Shown: piece by piece, positions 12,345-22,897 of the stretch | Layout of the letters: each line of letters opens with the position of its first letter | Position numbering within the stretch: the first letter of the stretch is position 1 | DNA from: an uncultured Gemmatimonadales bacterium | Lineage (GTDB): Bacteria > Gemmatimonadota > Gemmatimonadetes > Longimicrobiales > RSA9 | Length of the DNA: 64,000 nt | Direction: 5' to 3' | Assembly: GCA_963783305.1 (NCBI GenBank) | Contig: CAWAMW010000016.1 | Location: forward strand, 256,001 to 320,000 | The notes under the pieces: model-generated | The model's database searches: none | What the model was told of the DNA's origin: nothing | What the model saw: only the letters and a program-made list of their open reading frames with translations | Position numbers and translations under genes: made by a program

Positions 12345-15272
12345 ATGTTCCACTTTTCATTCGAATCACTGCGATCCCGCATCGCGCCGGCCGGATCGCC
12401 GGCCCGCTGGGCGTGTGCGGCCGTCGCCGCGCTGGCGGTTGCCGGTGCCGCGCCCGTGACCGCACAGGAAACGGGCAGCGTCCAGGGCCAGGTCGTCAAC
12501 GGCCGCACGGCGCAGCCACTGCCGAGCGCCCAGGTGTCGGTGGTAGGCAGCGGGATCGGCACGATCACGAATAACCGCGGCCGCTTCGTGCTGAACGGCG
12601 TGCCGGCGGGCGAGCAGGAGCTGCAGGTGACGCTGATCGGCTACGGCGTCGAGTCGAAGACGGTGGTCGTGCCGGCCAACGCGGCGGCGACGGTGGACCT
12701 GCAGCTGTTCGAGCAGGCCATCGAGATGGACGCGCTGGTGGTCACGGGCACGGCGGGTACGGCGCGTCGTCGCGAGATCGGCAACTCGATCGGGCAGATC
12801 GGCGGTCAGGAGATCGAGAACGCGCCGGTCCAGAACGTCGCGGAGGTGCTGCAGGGTCGCGCCACGGGCGTTTCGGTCCTGGGCAACTCCGGGCAGGTAG
12901 GCACGGGAAACACGATCCGGCTGCGGGGCAACAAGTCGATCAGCGGATCGAACTCGCCTTTGATCTACGTGGACGGCGTGCGGCTGACCTCCCGCGATTA
13001 CGGCTACAGCGCCGAGATCGCGCAGTCGGCCTCGCCGCTGGGCGACCTGAACCCCAACGACATCGCGCGGATCGAGATCGTGAAGGGCGCCGCGGCGACC
13101 ACGCTGTACGGCACGGAGGCCGCGGGCGGCGTGATCCAGATCTTCACCAAGTCGGGCGGAACGGGAGACCCGGTCTGGCAGGTGTCCATCGACCAGGGCC
13201 TGAACGTCATGGGCCACGTCGGTCCGGACTCCGACGCGAGCGGGATGAACCTGAACGACTGCACGCTGCAGGAGCCGGCGGACCCCACCTGCCCGGAGAG
13301 CGGCAGCTGGATCCGGGACGGCTACGTGCAGCGCTACAACCTCTCCGTCCGGGGCGGCAACGAGGACATGACGTACTTCCTTTCCGCCAACGTGGATGAC
13401 GAGGAGGGGGTCCTGCCGGAGCAGAGCGCCAACGACTGGGCCGTGCGCGGCAACTTCACCTTCTTCCCGCGCAAGGACCTGAGGATCCAGTTCAACAACC
13501 AGTACACGCGGCGGGACATCGAATGGCTGCCGGACGGCAGCAACGCGGAGGGCTTCATCACGAACGTGTTCCGCGGTGACCGCGGCAGCACGCCCGACAA
13601 CCGCGATGCCGAAGCGCTCCTGCTGGACCTCGGCACCGCCACCCACCGCTTCATCACGGGCGCGGGGATCAACTGGAACCCGATGGCGGACATGAGCCAC
13701 CGGCTCAACCTGGGCGTGGACTACTCCAACTCCGAGTTCACCGAGTACCGGCCCTGGCTCTTCTACTATCAGACGCAGGGGAACCGCCGCAACACGCAGC
13801 GGACGAACCGGGTCATCACGCTCGATTACGCCGGCTCCTGGCAGGCCGATCTGCCGGCGGCGCTGACCTCCAGCCTCTCGTGGGGCGGCCAGACCTACGA
13901 TGACGACTTCGTGATGCTCAGCGGGTTCGGCGAAGGGTTCGCCGGTCCGGGCGACAAGGTGGTGGACTCGGGCGCGCTCACGGAGAGCAGCGAGGAGCGG
14001 ATCCACACCACCAGCGGCGGCTTCTTCCTGCAGGAGATGCTTGGCTGGCAGGACCGGCTGTTCCTCACATTGGGCGGTCGTTGGGACGGCTTCAGCACCT
14101 TCGGCGATGACTTCGGGATGGCGTTCTACCCCAAGGTCTCCGCCTCCTACATGCTCTCCGAGCACGCCTTCGTGCCGGAATGGTGGGATGCGCTCAAGCT
14201 GCGCGCCGCCTACGGTGAAAGCGGCCGCGCGCCGGGGCCGTTCGACGCCCTGCGCACCTGGTCGTCGGTCTCCGGTGACGAGGGGCTGCCGGCGGTCACG
14301 CCGCGCTCCGTCGGCGCGGCGGACCTGGGTCCCGAGAGGAGCCGAGAGTGGGAAATGGGCTTCGAGTCGGGCATGTGGGACGGGCGCGTTACGGCCGACT
14401 TCACCTACTACGATCAGACGACCTACGACGCGTTGATCCCGGTGCAGGCCGTGCCGTCCACGGGGCTCGGGGTGTTCACGCAGCTCCGCAACGTGGGCGA
14501 GATCGCGACGAACGGCACCGAGCTCTCGCTGCAGTTCAACCCGATCCGCAACGAGACGGTGAGCTGGGACTTCGGCATCCGGCACACGACGACGAACAGC
14601 GAGGTCCTGTCGCTCACGGATGGGCTCAGCGCGATCTACATCGGCTGGCGCAACGAGGCGCGGCCGGGTCGGGCGCTGCCGAGCTACTACCATGATGTGG
14701 TCCTGAATCCCAACGAGGTCGGCGTGGAGCCGATCATCGAGAGCGACCAGTACATCGGGCCGTCCTACCCGGACGTGACGTGGGGCTTCAACACGTCGGT
14801 GGCCCTCTGGCAGAGCCTGACCATGGACGTGCTCGGCGAGTACCAGGGCGGGCACTACCTGCAGAACGGTACCGGCTACCAGCAGATGCGCCGTGGCCAG
14901 TGGGTGCCGTGTCAGGGCATCCAGGAGCAGTACGCCGCCAACCCGGCGTCCAACAAGTTCGAGGGGCTCCGGGCGGGCAATGTGGCCAAGTGCATTTCCA
15001 GCTACTCCGGGTACGGGATCTGGACCATGCCCGCCGACTTCTTCAAGCTGCGCTCGGCGTCCATTTCCTACCAGCTCCCGGGCAGCTGGCTGGGCGAGCG
15101 GTTCGGCTCGGCGACCATCTCGCTGCAGGGCCGCAACCTGCTGACCGTGACCGACTACGACGGGCTCGACCCGGAGGCGGCGCAGGACGGCAGCTCGGCG
15201 CTGTACCGGATGGAGTACTACAACATCCCGCCCTACCGTTCCTACGTCCTGAACATGCGCGTGTCCTTCTAG
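12345..15272 (+). CDS. SusC/RagA family TonB-dependent outer membrane receptor
   Basis: GGAGG RBS; signal peptide; carboxypeptidase-regulatory-like N-domain; plug motif DLNPNDIARIEIVKGAAATTLYGTEAAGGVIQIFTK; terminal F. Confidence 0.93.
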   Translation: MFHFSFESLRSRIAPAGSPARWACAAVAALAVAGAAPVTAQETGSVQGQVVNGRTAQPLPSAQVSVVGSGIGTITNNRGRFVLNGVPAGEQELQVTLIGYGVESKTVVVPANAAATVDLQLFEQAIEMDALVVTGTAGTARRREIGNSIGQIGGQEIENAPVQNVAEVLQGRATGVSVLGNSGQVGTGNTIRLRGNKSISGSNSPLIYVDGVRLTSRDYGYSAEIAQSASPLGDLNPNDIARIEIVKGAAATTLYGTEAAGGVIQIFTKSGGTGDPVWQVSIDQGLNVMGHVGPDSDASGMNLNDCTLQEPADPTCPESGSWIRDGYVQRYNLSVRGGNEDMTYFLSANVDDEEGVLPEQSANDWAVRGNFTFFPRKDLRIQFNNQYTRRDIEWLPDGSNAEGFITNVFRGDRGSTPDNRDAEALLLDLGTATHRFITGAGINWNPMADMSHRLNLGVDYSNSEFTEYRPWLFYYQTQGNRRNTQRTNRVITLDYAGSWQADLPAALTSSLSWGGQTYDDDFVMLSGFGEGFAGPGDKVVDSGALTESSEERIHTTSGGFFLQEMLGWQDRLFLTLGGRWDGFSTFGDDFGMAFYPKVSASYMLSEHAFVPEWWDALKLRAAYGESGRAPGPFDALRTWSSVSGDEGLPAVTPRSVGAADLGPERSREWEMGFESGMWDGRVTADFTYYDQTTYDALIPVQAVPSTGLGVFTQLRNVGEIATNGTELSLQFNPIRNETVSWDFGIRHTTTNSEVLSLTDGLSAIYIGWRNEARPGRALPSYYHDVVLNPNEVGVEPIIESDQYIGPSYPDVTWGFNTSVALWQSLTMDVLGEYQGGHYLQNGTGYQQMRRGQWVPCQGIQEQYAANPASNKFEGLRAGNVAKCISSYSGYGIWTMPADFFKLRSASISYQLPGSWLGERFGSATISLQGRNLLTVTDYDGLDPEAAQDGSSALYRMEYYNIPPYRSYVLNMRVSF

Positions 15273-15293
15273 GCGCTGAAGAGAGAGAGACTG

Positions 15294-16547
15294 ATGAAAT
15301 ACCGATTCGACGCGATCCGACGGCTCACCCTGCTCGCCTGCACGGGACTCGTGCTGGCAGGGACGACCGCCTGCTCCGATGAGCTGTTCTCTGTGACCAA
15401 CCCGGGGCGTATCCTGGACGAGGACCTGAACGACCCCCTCGTCGCCTCCGCCCTCGTGGTGGGCATGTCCCGCGACTTCTCCATCGTCCACGACAACAAC
15501 GTGGTGGACGTGGCGATGCTCTCCGACGAGATGGCCGGCACCGGCAACTACGAGGAGACCCGACTCGAGGGGCAGGGGATCACGCGCCCCGAGGACTTCA
15601 ACTACAACTACGAGGCGAGCCATCGATCCCGCTGGGTGGCCGAGACGGGCATTGAGCGGCTGCTGAACATCGAGGGCGCCGACTATGACGGCACTTCGCT
15701 CCTCGCCCGGGCCAACCTGTTCGCCGGGATGAGCAACCGCATGCTCGGTGAGCTGTTCTGCGTGGTCACCTACGACGGCTCGGCGCCACTGCCGAAGAGC
15801 GCGGCGTTCGAGCGCGCCCTGCCGTACTACCAGGAAGCGCTGGACCAGGCCACGCGGGCGGGCGACCAGACGCTGATTCACGCGGCCCAGGGCGGGCTCG
15901 CGCAGACGTACCTGGACCTCGGTCGGTATTCCGAGGCCGCAAATTACGCCGCGATGGTGCCCACGGACTTCGAGTACGTGGCGTACTACTCGACCAACAG
16001 CTCCGATGAAGAGAGCCAGGTCTGGGACTACACGCACGGGCGCAACGAGATGTCGGCGTACAACACCTTCGCGGTGGTTGCGCAGGACCCGCGCGCACCA
16101 TACACGGACTGTACGGAGGGCGGGTGCAAGGCGGCAGAGAGCGCCGATGGCAGCTCACCGCACTACCGCCAGGAGAAGTACGAGAGTGCGGGGTCGGACA
16201 TCCCCGTGGTGAAGGGCACGGAGATGCGGTTGATCGAGGCCGAGGCCGCGCTGGAGTCCGGTGATGCCGGCGCTGTCGACGCCGCGGTGGGGCTCATCAA
16301 CCAGGTGCGCGCGGAGTGGGGCCTGGAGCCGGCAAGCGCCGCCACGGCCGACGAGGCCATGCAGCTGCTCAAGGATGAGCGCTTCCTGACGCTGTGGCTG
16401 GAAGGTCGACGCCTGTACGATCTCCACCGCTGGGACGACGATTTCCTCCGCGGCGGGACCATCTTCTACGAGGGCGAGGCGCAGCGCGCCAGCTGCTTCC
16501 CACTCTCGGAGACCGAGCTGGACACCAACCCGAACGCCGGCGGGTGA
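15294..16547 (+). CDS. SusD/RagB family lipoprotein
   Basis: Lipobox TTAC; EMRLIEAEA, INQVR, ER..TLWLEGRRLYDLHRW, P....E.DTNPN. Confidence 0.92.
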   Translation: MKYRFDAIRRLTLLACTGLVLAGTTACSDELFSVTNPGRILDEDLNDPLVASALVVGMSRDFSIVHDNNVVDVAMLSDEMAGTGNYEETRLEGQGITRPEDFNYNYEASHRSRWVAETGIERLLNIEGADYDGTSLLARANLFAGMSNRMLGELFCVVTYDGSAPLPKSAAFERALPYYQEALDQATRAGDQTLIHAAQGGLAQTYLDLGRYSEAANYAAMVPTDFEYVAYYSTNSSDEESQVWDYTHGRNEMSAYNTFAVVAQDPRAPYTDCTEGGCKAAESADGSSPHYRQEKYESAGSDIPVVKGTEMRLIEAEAALESGDAGAVDAAVGLINQVRAEWGLEPASAATADEAMQLLKDERFLTLWLEGRRLYDLHRWDDDFLRGGTIFYEGEAQRASCFPLSETELDTNPNAGG

Positions 16548-16556
16548 CGAAGCGGA

Positions 16557-16589
16557 GCGGGCACGGCGCCGTTGCGGCGCTGTGCCCGC
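16557..16589 (+). other. Intergenic stem-loop after susD-like gene (no U-tract)
   Basis: gcgggcacggcgccg-ttg-cggcgctgtgcccgc. Confidence 0.6.
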
Positions 16590-16639
16590 GTCCCCCGTTC
16601 ACTCCGTCTCCGCCGTTCAAACAGAAGGGATCCGTGCGC

Positions 16640-18274
16640 ATGTCGCTTCCATCGTGGGCGCGAGCGCCTTTGCTGGCACTCGTTCCGCTTTTCCTGTCGG
16701 CCGCGGCCGGCGTCCCTCCGCTGAGCGCGCAGCAGCAGGTCTATGACCTCGTCCTGCGCGGCGGTCGAGTCCTGGACGGCACCGGCAACCCCTGGTACCG
16801 CGCCGACGTCGCCATCATCGGCGATCGCGTGGCCGCCGTGGGCGACCTGTCGGACGCACGAGCCCACCGCGAGATCGACGCGACCGGGCTCTACGTCGCC
16901 CCCGGCTTCATCGACGTCCACTCCCACGCCGGCAGCGGGCTCGATAATCCGGAGCTCGGGGGAGCGAGGCCGTTGCTCGCCCAGGGCGTAACCACGGTCT
17001 TCATCAACCCGGACGGCGGGGGGGCGGTGGACATGGCCGAGCAGCGCCGCGAGCTGCTGGAGAACCACCCGGCGATCAACGTCGCGCAGATGGTGCCCCA
17101 CGGTTCCGTGCGACGCGCGGTCATCGGCATGGCCGACCGTGCGCCGACGCCGGCGGAGATGGACCGCATGCGGGCGCTCGTCCGCGCCGGCATGGAAGAG
17201 GGCGCCTTCGGCCTCAGCTCGGGACCCTGGTACGCCCCCGGCAGCTACTCCACGACCGAGGAGCTGGTCGAGCTGGCCAAGGTCGCCGCCGAATACGGCG
17301 GCGCGTACAGCAGCCACATCCGCGATGAGGCGGACTTCAACATCGGGCTGGTCGCCGCGGTCGACGAGGTGATCCAGATCGCTCGCGAGGCCCGGCTCCC
17401 CGCCGTGGCCACCCACCTGAAAGCCCTCGGCCCCCGGGTCTGGGGCTACTCCGGCGCGCTGGTCCACCGGATCGATCGCGCGCGGGAGGAAGGGCTCCAG
17501 GTGTACGCCGACCAGTACCCCTACATTGCCTCCGGCACCAGCCTGAGTGGCGCGCTGGTACCGCGCTGGGCGCTGGCCAATGGCGATTCCGCGCTCCAGC
17601 GACGGATCGGGGAACCGTCCGAGCGCGCGCGGCTGCGCGCCGGGATCGTCGAGAACCTGGACCGCCGCGGCGGCGCGGCGCGCCTCCAGTTCCGCCGCTT
17701 CCGCCCGGACCCATCCATCGAGGGGCGCACGATCCAGTGGTACGCCGATCGCGAGGGATTGGACGCGCCCGATGCGGTGATCGAGCTGCTCACGCGGGGC
17801 GGCGCCTCCGTCGTCTCCTTCAACATGGCCGATTCCGACGTGGAGACGCTGATGCGGCAGCCGTGGATGATGACCTCCTCCGATGGCGAGCTGGTGCCCA
17901 TGGGTGAGGGCGTGCCGCACCCGCGGTCGTACGGCTCCCATCCCCGCAAGATCCGGCTGTACGTGGGTGAGAAGGGAGTGGTCGATCTGGCGGCGGCCGT
18001 CCGCAGCATGACGTCACTCCCCGCCCAGGTCTTCCAGGTGCGGGATCGCGGCATGATCCGCCCCGGCGCCTACGCCGACCTGGCCGTGTTCGATCTCGAA
18101 AGGGTGAACGACCCGGCCACGTTCCAGGAGCCGCACCAGCTGGCCGAGGGCATGGTCTACGTGCTGGTCAATGGCCGGATGACCATCGATGAGGAACGGT
18201 TCACGGACGAGCGACCGGGCCGGGTTCTGGATCGTCACGAGCGACCCGTACACGGGTCGGGGGAACAGGAATGA
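16640..18274 (+). CDS. Exported N-acyl-D-amino-acid deacylase (D-aminoacylase) family amidohydrolase
   Basis: Signal peptide; APGFIDVHSH, SHIRDE, DQYPY, SSDG, HPRSYG, RGMIRPGAYADL. Confidence 0.9.
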   Translation: MSLPSWARAPLLALVPLFLSAAAGVPPLSAQQQVYDLVLRGGRVLDGTGNPWYRADVAIIGDRVAAVGDLSDARAHREIDATGLYVAPGFIDVHSHAGSGLDNPELGGARPLLAQGVTTVFINPDGGGAVDMAEQRRELLENHPAINVAQMVPHGSVRRAVIGMADRAPTPAEMDRMRALVRAGMEEGAFGLSSGPWYAPGSYSTTEELVELAKVAAEYGGAYSSHIRDEADFNIGLVAAVDEVIQIAREARLPAVATHLKALGPRVWGYSGALVHRIDRAREEGLQVYADQYPYIASGTSLSGALVPRWALANGDSALQRRIGEPSERARLRAGIVENLDRRGGAARLQFRRFRPDPSIEGRTIQWYADREGLDAPDAVIELLTRGGASVVSFNMADSDVETLMRQPWMMTSSDGELVPMGEGVPHPRSYGSHPRKIRLYVGEKGVVDLAAAVRSMTSLPAQVFQVRDRGMIRPGAYADLAVFDLERVNDPATFQEPHQLAEGMVYVLVNGRMTIDEERFTDERPGRVLDRHERPVHGSGEQE

Positions 18275-20091
18275 TCAGAAGCCGGAAGCCGAGAATGATT
18301 CGGAAGTCGAGGCCTGGTCTGCTGGGGCTGGCGCTGTTGGCGGGATGTGCGCCCGCGCCGGCCGTCGCGCCGGTTCCGGCCTCTACCGCAGCGCGGGTGG
18401 AGGTGGAGCCTTTGCGCGGGAAGCGCGCCGTGGCCGAGCACGGGATGGTTGCGGCCGCGCACCCGCTCGCCAGCGAGGCGGGGCTGGAGATGCTGCTCGC
18501 CGGCGGGAACGCCATCGACGCCGCGGTGGCCGCGGCCTTCGCTGTGGGTGTGGTGGAGCCGATGATGAGCGGTCTCGGCGGGGGTGGCTCCATGCTTCTC
18601 TGGCGCCAGGAGGCCGCCCGGGCCGACTTCGTGGACTTCTACGCCAGCGCGCCCGCGTCGCCGGACTACGCGCTGCGCGAGCACGAGGGGAGCTGGTCCG
18701 ATGCCCTCGGAGTGGCCGTGCCGGGGATGGTCGCCGGACTGCTGGAGGCGCACGAGCGACACGGCGATCTCACGCGCCAGCAGGTGCTCGCGCCCGCCAT
18801 CCGGCTGGCCGAGCAGGGGTTCCCGGTGGGAGCGCTCCTCGCCCGCACCATCGCCGATGACTCGGCCAAGCTGAACGCCACCCCGGCCGCCCGCCTGTTC
18901 TGGCCCGACGGCCGACCGCTCCGCGCCGGCGAGTGGCTGCGTCAGCCGGAGCTCGCAGCGACCCTGCGCGAGGTCGCCGAGAGCGGTCCCGGCGGCTTCT
19001 ACCGCGGCCCGGTGGCCCGCGAGGTGGTGCGCATCCTCAACGCCGGCGGCAACCCCATGACGCTGGAGGACCTGGACGCCGTCCGGGCGCGCTGGAAGCG
19101 CCCCGTCTGCGGACTCTACCGCGGCCGGGTCGTTCTGAGCGCGCCGCCGCCGCAGAGCGGGATCCAGATCGTGGAGACGCTGAACCTGCTGGAGCCGTAT
19201 GACCTCGTCGAGATGGGCGCGCCCACCACGTCGCTGCCGACCTTCACGCTCCTGACCGCCGCGCTCCGTGCTTCCACCGCCGACCGCAACACCTACGTGG
19301 GGGATCCGGCGGCCGGACGCGTCCCCATCACGGCGCTGGCCTCCCAGTCGTTTGCCGCCGCCCGCGGTGTGCAGCCGGGCCAGCGGCCGGAGCCGAGGGT
19401 CGCGCCCGCAGACGCGGACTCGCTGCCGCGAGCCGACCTCGAGGACGGCTGCTCCACGTTCGACGCGTTCCGAACGGAGCACACCGCCGGTGCCACCGCG
19501 CGCGCTGTTCATCCGGACCCGGAGGAGAGCACGGGCGGCGAGACCACGCACCTCTCGGTGGTCGATGTGGAGGGCAACGCGGTGTCGATCACCGTGACCC
19601 AGGGCTCCTACTTCGGAACGGGCGCCTACGCGGCCGGGACCTTCTTCAACAGCGCCATGTTCCTCTTCTCCGACGACCCCGACCACCCCAACGCGCTGGG
19701 TCCGAACCGCGTCCCCCGGTCCACCACCACGCCCACCATGCTCCTGCGCGACGGGCGTGTGCAGATGGTGGTAGGCTCGCCCGGCGGCGGGCGGATCCCA
19801 CCCGCGGTAGTGCAGAGCATCCTCTACACGGTCGACTACGGCCTGGACCCGCTGGCGGCGCTCAGCATGCCGCGCATCAACCCCTACTTCACGTCGCCTA
19901 CCGTGCAGTTCGAGCAGGGCGTGGATGACGGCGTCCTCGCCGGCGCCGCCCGGCTCGGCTATGAGCTGGAGGCCTTCCCGCCGCTCTCGCTGCGGTTCGG
20001 AGGTGTGCACCTGATCCAGCGCCGGGACACCGGCGAGTGGGTGGGCGCCGCCGATCCGCGCCGGGACGGCGAGGTGCGGGGGTACGAGTGA
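18271..20091 (+). CDS. ggt: Gamma-glutamyltransferase family lipoprotein
   Basis: Lipobox LLAGC; GGNAIDAAVA, SGLGGGG, VAVPG, nucleophile ETTH, GSPGG, GAADPRRDG. Confidence 0.92.
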   Translation: MIRSRKPRMIRKSRPGLLGLALLAGCAPAPAVAPVPASTAARVEVEPLRGKRAVAEHGMVAAAHPLASEAGLEMLLAGGNAIDAAVAAAFAVGVVEPMMSGLGGGGSMLLWRQEAARADFVDFYASAPASPDYALREHEGSWSDALGVAVPGMVAGLLEAHERHGDLTRQQVLAPAIRLAEQGFPVGALLARTIADDSAKLNATPAARLFWPDGRPLRAGEWLRQPELAATLREVAESGPGGFYRGPVAREVVRILNAGGNPMTLEDLDAVRARWKRPVCGLYRGRVVLSAPPPQSGIQIVETLNLLEPYDLVEMGAPTTSLPTFTLLTAALRASTADRNTYVGDPAAGRVPITALASQSFAAARGVQPGQRPEPRVAPADADSLPRADLEDGCSTFDAFRTEHTAGATARAVHPDPEESTGGETTHLSVVDVEGNAVSITVTQGSYFGTGAYAAGTFFNSAMFLFSDDPDHPNALGPNRVPRSTTTPTMLLRDGRVQMVVGSPGGGRIPPAVVQSILYTVDYGLDPLAALSMPRINPYFTSPTVQFEQGVDDGVLAGAARLGYELEAFPPLSLRFGGVHLIQRRDTGEWVGAADPRRDGEVRGYE

Positions 20092-21614
20092 GCGCGGACG
20101 AGGGCCCCGGGTCGGAGCCAACCACCACATCGGCGCTCCGACGCGGGACCACGGCCGCGGCCCTCCTGCTTGTGCTCGCGGCCGTCGTCGTCTTCGGGCC
20201 GGGCGAGCTCCCGCCGGAGGGGGGTCACATGGGCATGTGGAGCCTCCTGCCGGCGCTGACCACGCTGCTGCTCGTTTTCGTCACGCGCGAGGTGATCAGC
20301 TCGCTCTTCGCCGGCGTGGTCATGGGCGGGCTGGTCGCGGGTCAATGGAACCTGATCGACGCCTTCCTCATCCCGGCCATCGGCAGCGAGAGCTACGCGA
20401 CCATCCTGCTGGTGTACCTGTGGGCGCTGGGCGGGCTGATCGGGCTGTGGACCCGTACCGGCGGCGCCAGGAGCTTCGCCGTGGCCGCCGGGCGCGGCAT
20501 CGTGCGCGGACCACGCTCGGCTCGGTTCTTCGCCTGGCTCATGGGCATGGTGTTCCACCAGGGTGGGACCATCAGCACCATCCTGGCCGGCACCACCGTG
20601 CGGCCGGTGACGGACGCGCAGCGCGTCTCGCACGAGGAGCTCACCTACCTCGTGGACTCGACCGCCTCACCCGCCGCCACCGTGCTGCCCTTCAACGCCT
20701 GGCCGCTCTATATCGCCGGTCTGGTCGTCGGGACGACACCGTTCTTCGCCACCGAAGCCGACGCGGTGAGCTTCTTCTTCCGGTCCATCCCGCTCAACTT
20801 CTACGGCCTCTTCGCCGTGGGCACGACACTGCTGTTCGCCCTGGGATGGCTGCCCTGGACGGGGGGCAAAATGGCGCGCGCGATCCGACGCGCGCGTGAG
20901 ACGGGGCAGCTGAACGCACCGGGGGCGCGGCCGATCGCGGCCGATGAGCTCACCGAGCTCCGGATCCCCGAGGGCTACCGCGGCGGCACCGCCGACTTCC
21001 TCGCCCCCATGCTCGTCCTGCTCGGCGTGGCGATCATCCCCTATTTCGTGATCGGCGAAGTGTGGATCGCCGAGGCGTTCGGGCTGGCGGTGCTCACCGC
21101 ATTCGCGCTAGCGCTGGGGAAGGGCATGCGGCTGCGGGAGGCCATCGACGGATTCATCGACGGCTGCAAGGGCGTGACGGTGGGCGCCATCCTGCTCGGC
21201 CTCGCGGTTACGCTCGGGGCCGTGAGCAAGGAGCTCGGCACCGCCGCCTACATCGTCGAGACCACCACCGGCAGCATCCCGCCCGTCCTGCTCCCGGCGC
21301 TCCTCATGGCCATCTGCATGGCGGTGGCCTTCTCCATCGGCAGCTCCTGGGGGACCTACGCGGTGGTGTTCCCCATCGCCATGCCGCTCGCCTACGCGCT
21401 CACACCGGAGCCGTTCTACGTCTCCGTCTGCTTCGGCGCGGTTCTGGGCGGAGCCGTCTTCGGCGACCAGTGCTCGCCCATCAGCGACACCACCATCCTC
21501 TCCTCCCTCGCCTGCGGCGGCGACCTCATGGACCACGTGACTACGCAGATCCCCCTGGCGCTGCTCGCCGCCTCACTGGCCGCCGCGGCCAGCACGGTGA
21601 TGGTCGCGTTCTGA
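20088..21614 (+). CDS. NhaC-family (Na+/H+ antiporter / amino acid) transporter
   Basis: GTG overlaps ggt stop; many TM helices; DSTASP, GSSWGT, GAVFGDQCSPISDTTILSS, DHVTTQIP. Confidence 0.9.
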   Translation: MSADEGPGSEPTTTSALRRGTTAAALLLVLAAVVVFGPGELPPEGGHMGMWSLLPALTTLLLVFVTREVISSLFAGVVMGGLVAGQWNLIDAFLIPAIGSESYATILLVYLWALGGLIGLWTRTGGARSFAVAAGRGIVRGPRSARFFAWLMGMVFHQGGTISTILAGTTVRPVTDAQRVSHEELTYLVDSTASPAATVLPFNAWPLYIAGLVVGTTPFFATEADAVSFFFRSIPLNFYGLFAVGTTLLFALGWLPWTGGKMARAIRRARETGQLNAPGARPIAADELTELRIPEGYRGGTADFLAPMLVLLGVAIIPYFVIGEVWIAEAFGLAVLTAFALALGKGMRLREAIDGFIDGCKGVTVGAILLGLAVTLGAVSKELGTAAYIVETTTGSIPPVLLPALLMAICMAVAFSIGSSWGTYAVVFPIAMPLAYALTPEPFYVSVCFGAVLGGAVFGDQCSPISDTTILSSLACGGDLMDHVTTQIPLALLAASLAAAASTVMVAF

Positions 21615-21634
21615 CTCCCACCGGGGCACACCGG

Positions 21635-22402
21635 TCAACGCAAAGCCTCGGTCATCGGGATCTCCACCTGGCCTTCGTCGGGAACGGGTATCTCTACGAG
21701 TGGCGCGGCATCGACCCGAAGCTGGACCCGCCGTACGCTGACCGGAAGTCCCAGTTGGTAGACGGTGCCGGCCGGGGCGTCCTGGATCTGAAAGCCGCCG
21801 GGCAGTAGCAGCACTTCTCCTCCGGGAGCCGGCACTTCCAGCACCGCGGCATCGCCGCCCGCCCGGCGGAGCAGCAGCACGGCGCCGTCGGCTGGGCGGA
21901 CCATGTGCACGGTGATCGCGGGTCCGCGAGCCGGTACACGCAGCGTGGTTCCGCCGATGGAGGCCGGGACGGGTGCAGGGTCGCCGAACCACGCTGCGGC
22001 CGCTTCCACCCTGTCTGTCACCCATGCGCGTACGGGCGGGGCAAAGAGGCCGCCGGCGAGGAGCAGCGCGAGGACGGCCGCAGCCCGAAGCCATTTGTCC
22101 GCGGGGGCGTTCGATTTCGCTGACGCCGCTCGGCCAACGTCGATCGGCTCGATCTCTGACACGGCGCCGTCATCGACGTACGGCGCCGGTGGGACCGCAT
22201 CACCGCTGCTCCTGAGCAGCGCCGTCACCCGCTCCGATCGGCGGGTGAGCCCGCGCAGGCGCGCGCGACACGTGTCGCAGCCGTCGACATGGCTCCGCAG
22301 GCGGGTGGCCTCCGCAGAGAGCAACTCGTCGTCGAGCAGGCGGATCAGGTCTCCGTCGTCGGGATGGACGTCGGGATAGTTGCGCTCTGCCTTCGTGCTC
22401 AT
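21635..22402 (-). CDS. Zinc-binding anti-sigma factor (zf-HC2)
   Basis: HxxxCxxC (HVDGCDTC) followed by one TM helix; overlaps sigma factor stop. Confidence 0.85.
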   Translation of the reverse strand: MSTKAERNYPDVHPDDGDLIRLLDDELLSAEATRLRSHVDGCDTCRARLRGLTRRSERVTALLRSSGDAVPPAPYVDDGAVSEIEPIDVGRAASAKSNAPADKWLRAAAVLALLLAGGLFAPPVRAWVTDRVEAAAAWFGDPAPVPASIGGTTLRVPARGPAITVHMVRPADGAVLLLRRAGGDAAVLEVPAPGGEVLLLPGGFQIQDAPAGTVYQLGLPVSVRRVQLRVDAAPLVEIPVPDEGQVEIPMTEALR

Positions 22403-22893
22403 GACTCCTCGTCGCGCTCGAGTGCGGTCGTCAGTTTGTCCAGGGCCCGGGCGATCATGGTGCCGACAGAGCCGGTCGTGGTCCCGATGGCCTCCGCGAT
22501 CTCCCGGTGCCGGAAGCCCTCGTGCCGCATGAGCAGAACGGTGCGGTCGCGTTCCGAGAGCGTGGTCAGCGCCGGCCGGATCCGGGCCATGGCTTCGTGC
22601 ATCTCCAGTTGACGGTCCGGCGGCCGCGGCGGGTCGCCCACCGTGGCGTGGGGCGGTGCGCCAGAAACCAGCCGGGTGCGACGCATCCGGCGGCGACCTT
22701 CCTCGTGGACGAGGTTGGTGCCGACGCGGAAGATCCAGGCCTTTGGCTGCGCCGGCGGCGGCCGTTCGGCCACCAGCTTGGCGAAGGCGTCCTGGGCCGC
22801 GTCCGCCGCCAGCTCCGGTTCCCCCGTGAGATGCACCAGGTACCGGTAGAGGGCGGAGTGATGGTCGCGGAACGTCGTTTCGACATCGGGCAT
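22399..22893 (-). CDS. ECF sigma-70 family RNA polymerase sigma factor
   Basis: DAAQDAF, AWIFRV, LSERDR, EIAEAIG....SVGT...RA. Confidence 0.92.
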   Translation of the reverse strand: MPDVETTFRDHHSALYRYLVHLTGEPELAADAAQDAFAKLVAERPPPAQPKAWIFRVGTNLVHEEGRRRMRRTRLVSGAPPHATVGDPPRPPDRQLEMHEAMARIRPALTTLSERDRTVLLMRHEGFRHREIAEAIGTTTGSVGTMIARALDKLTTALERDEES

Positions 22894-22897
22894 TGCG

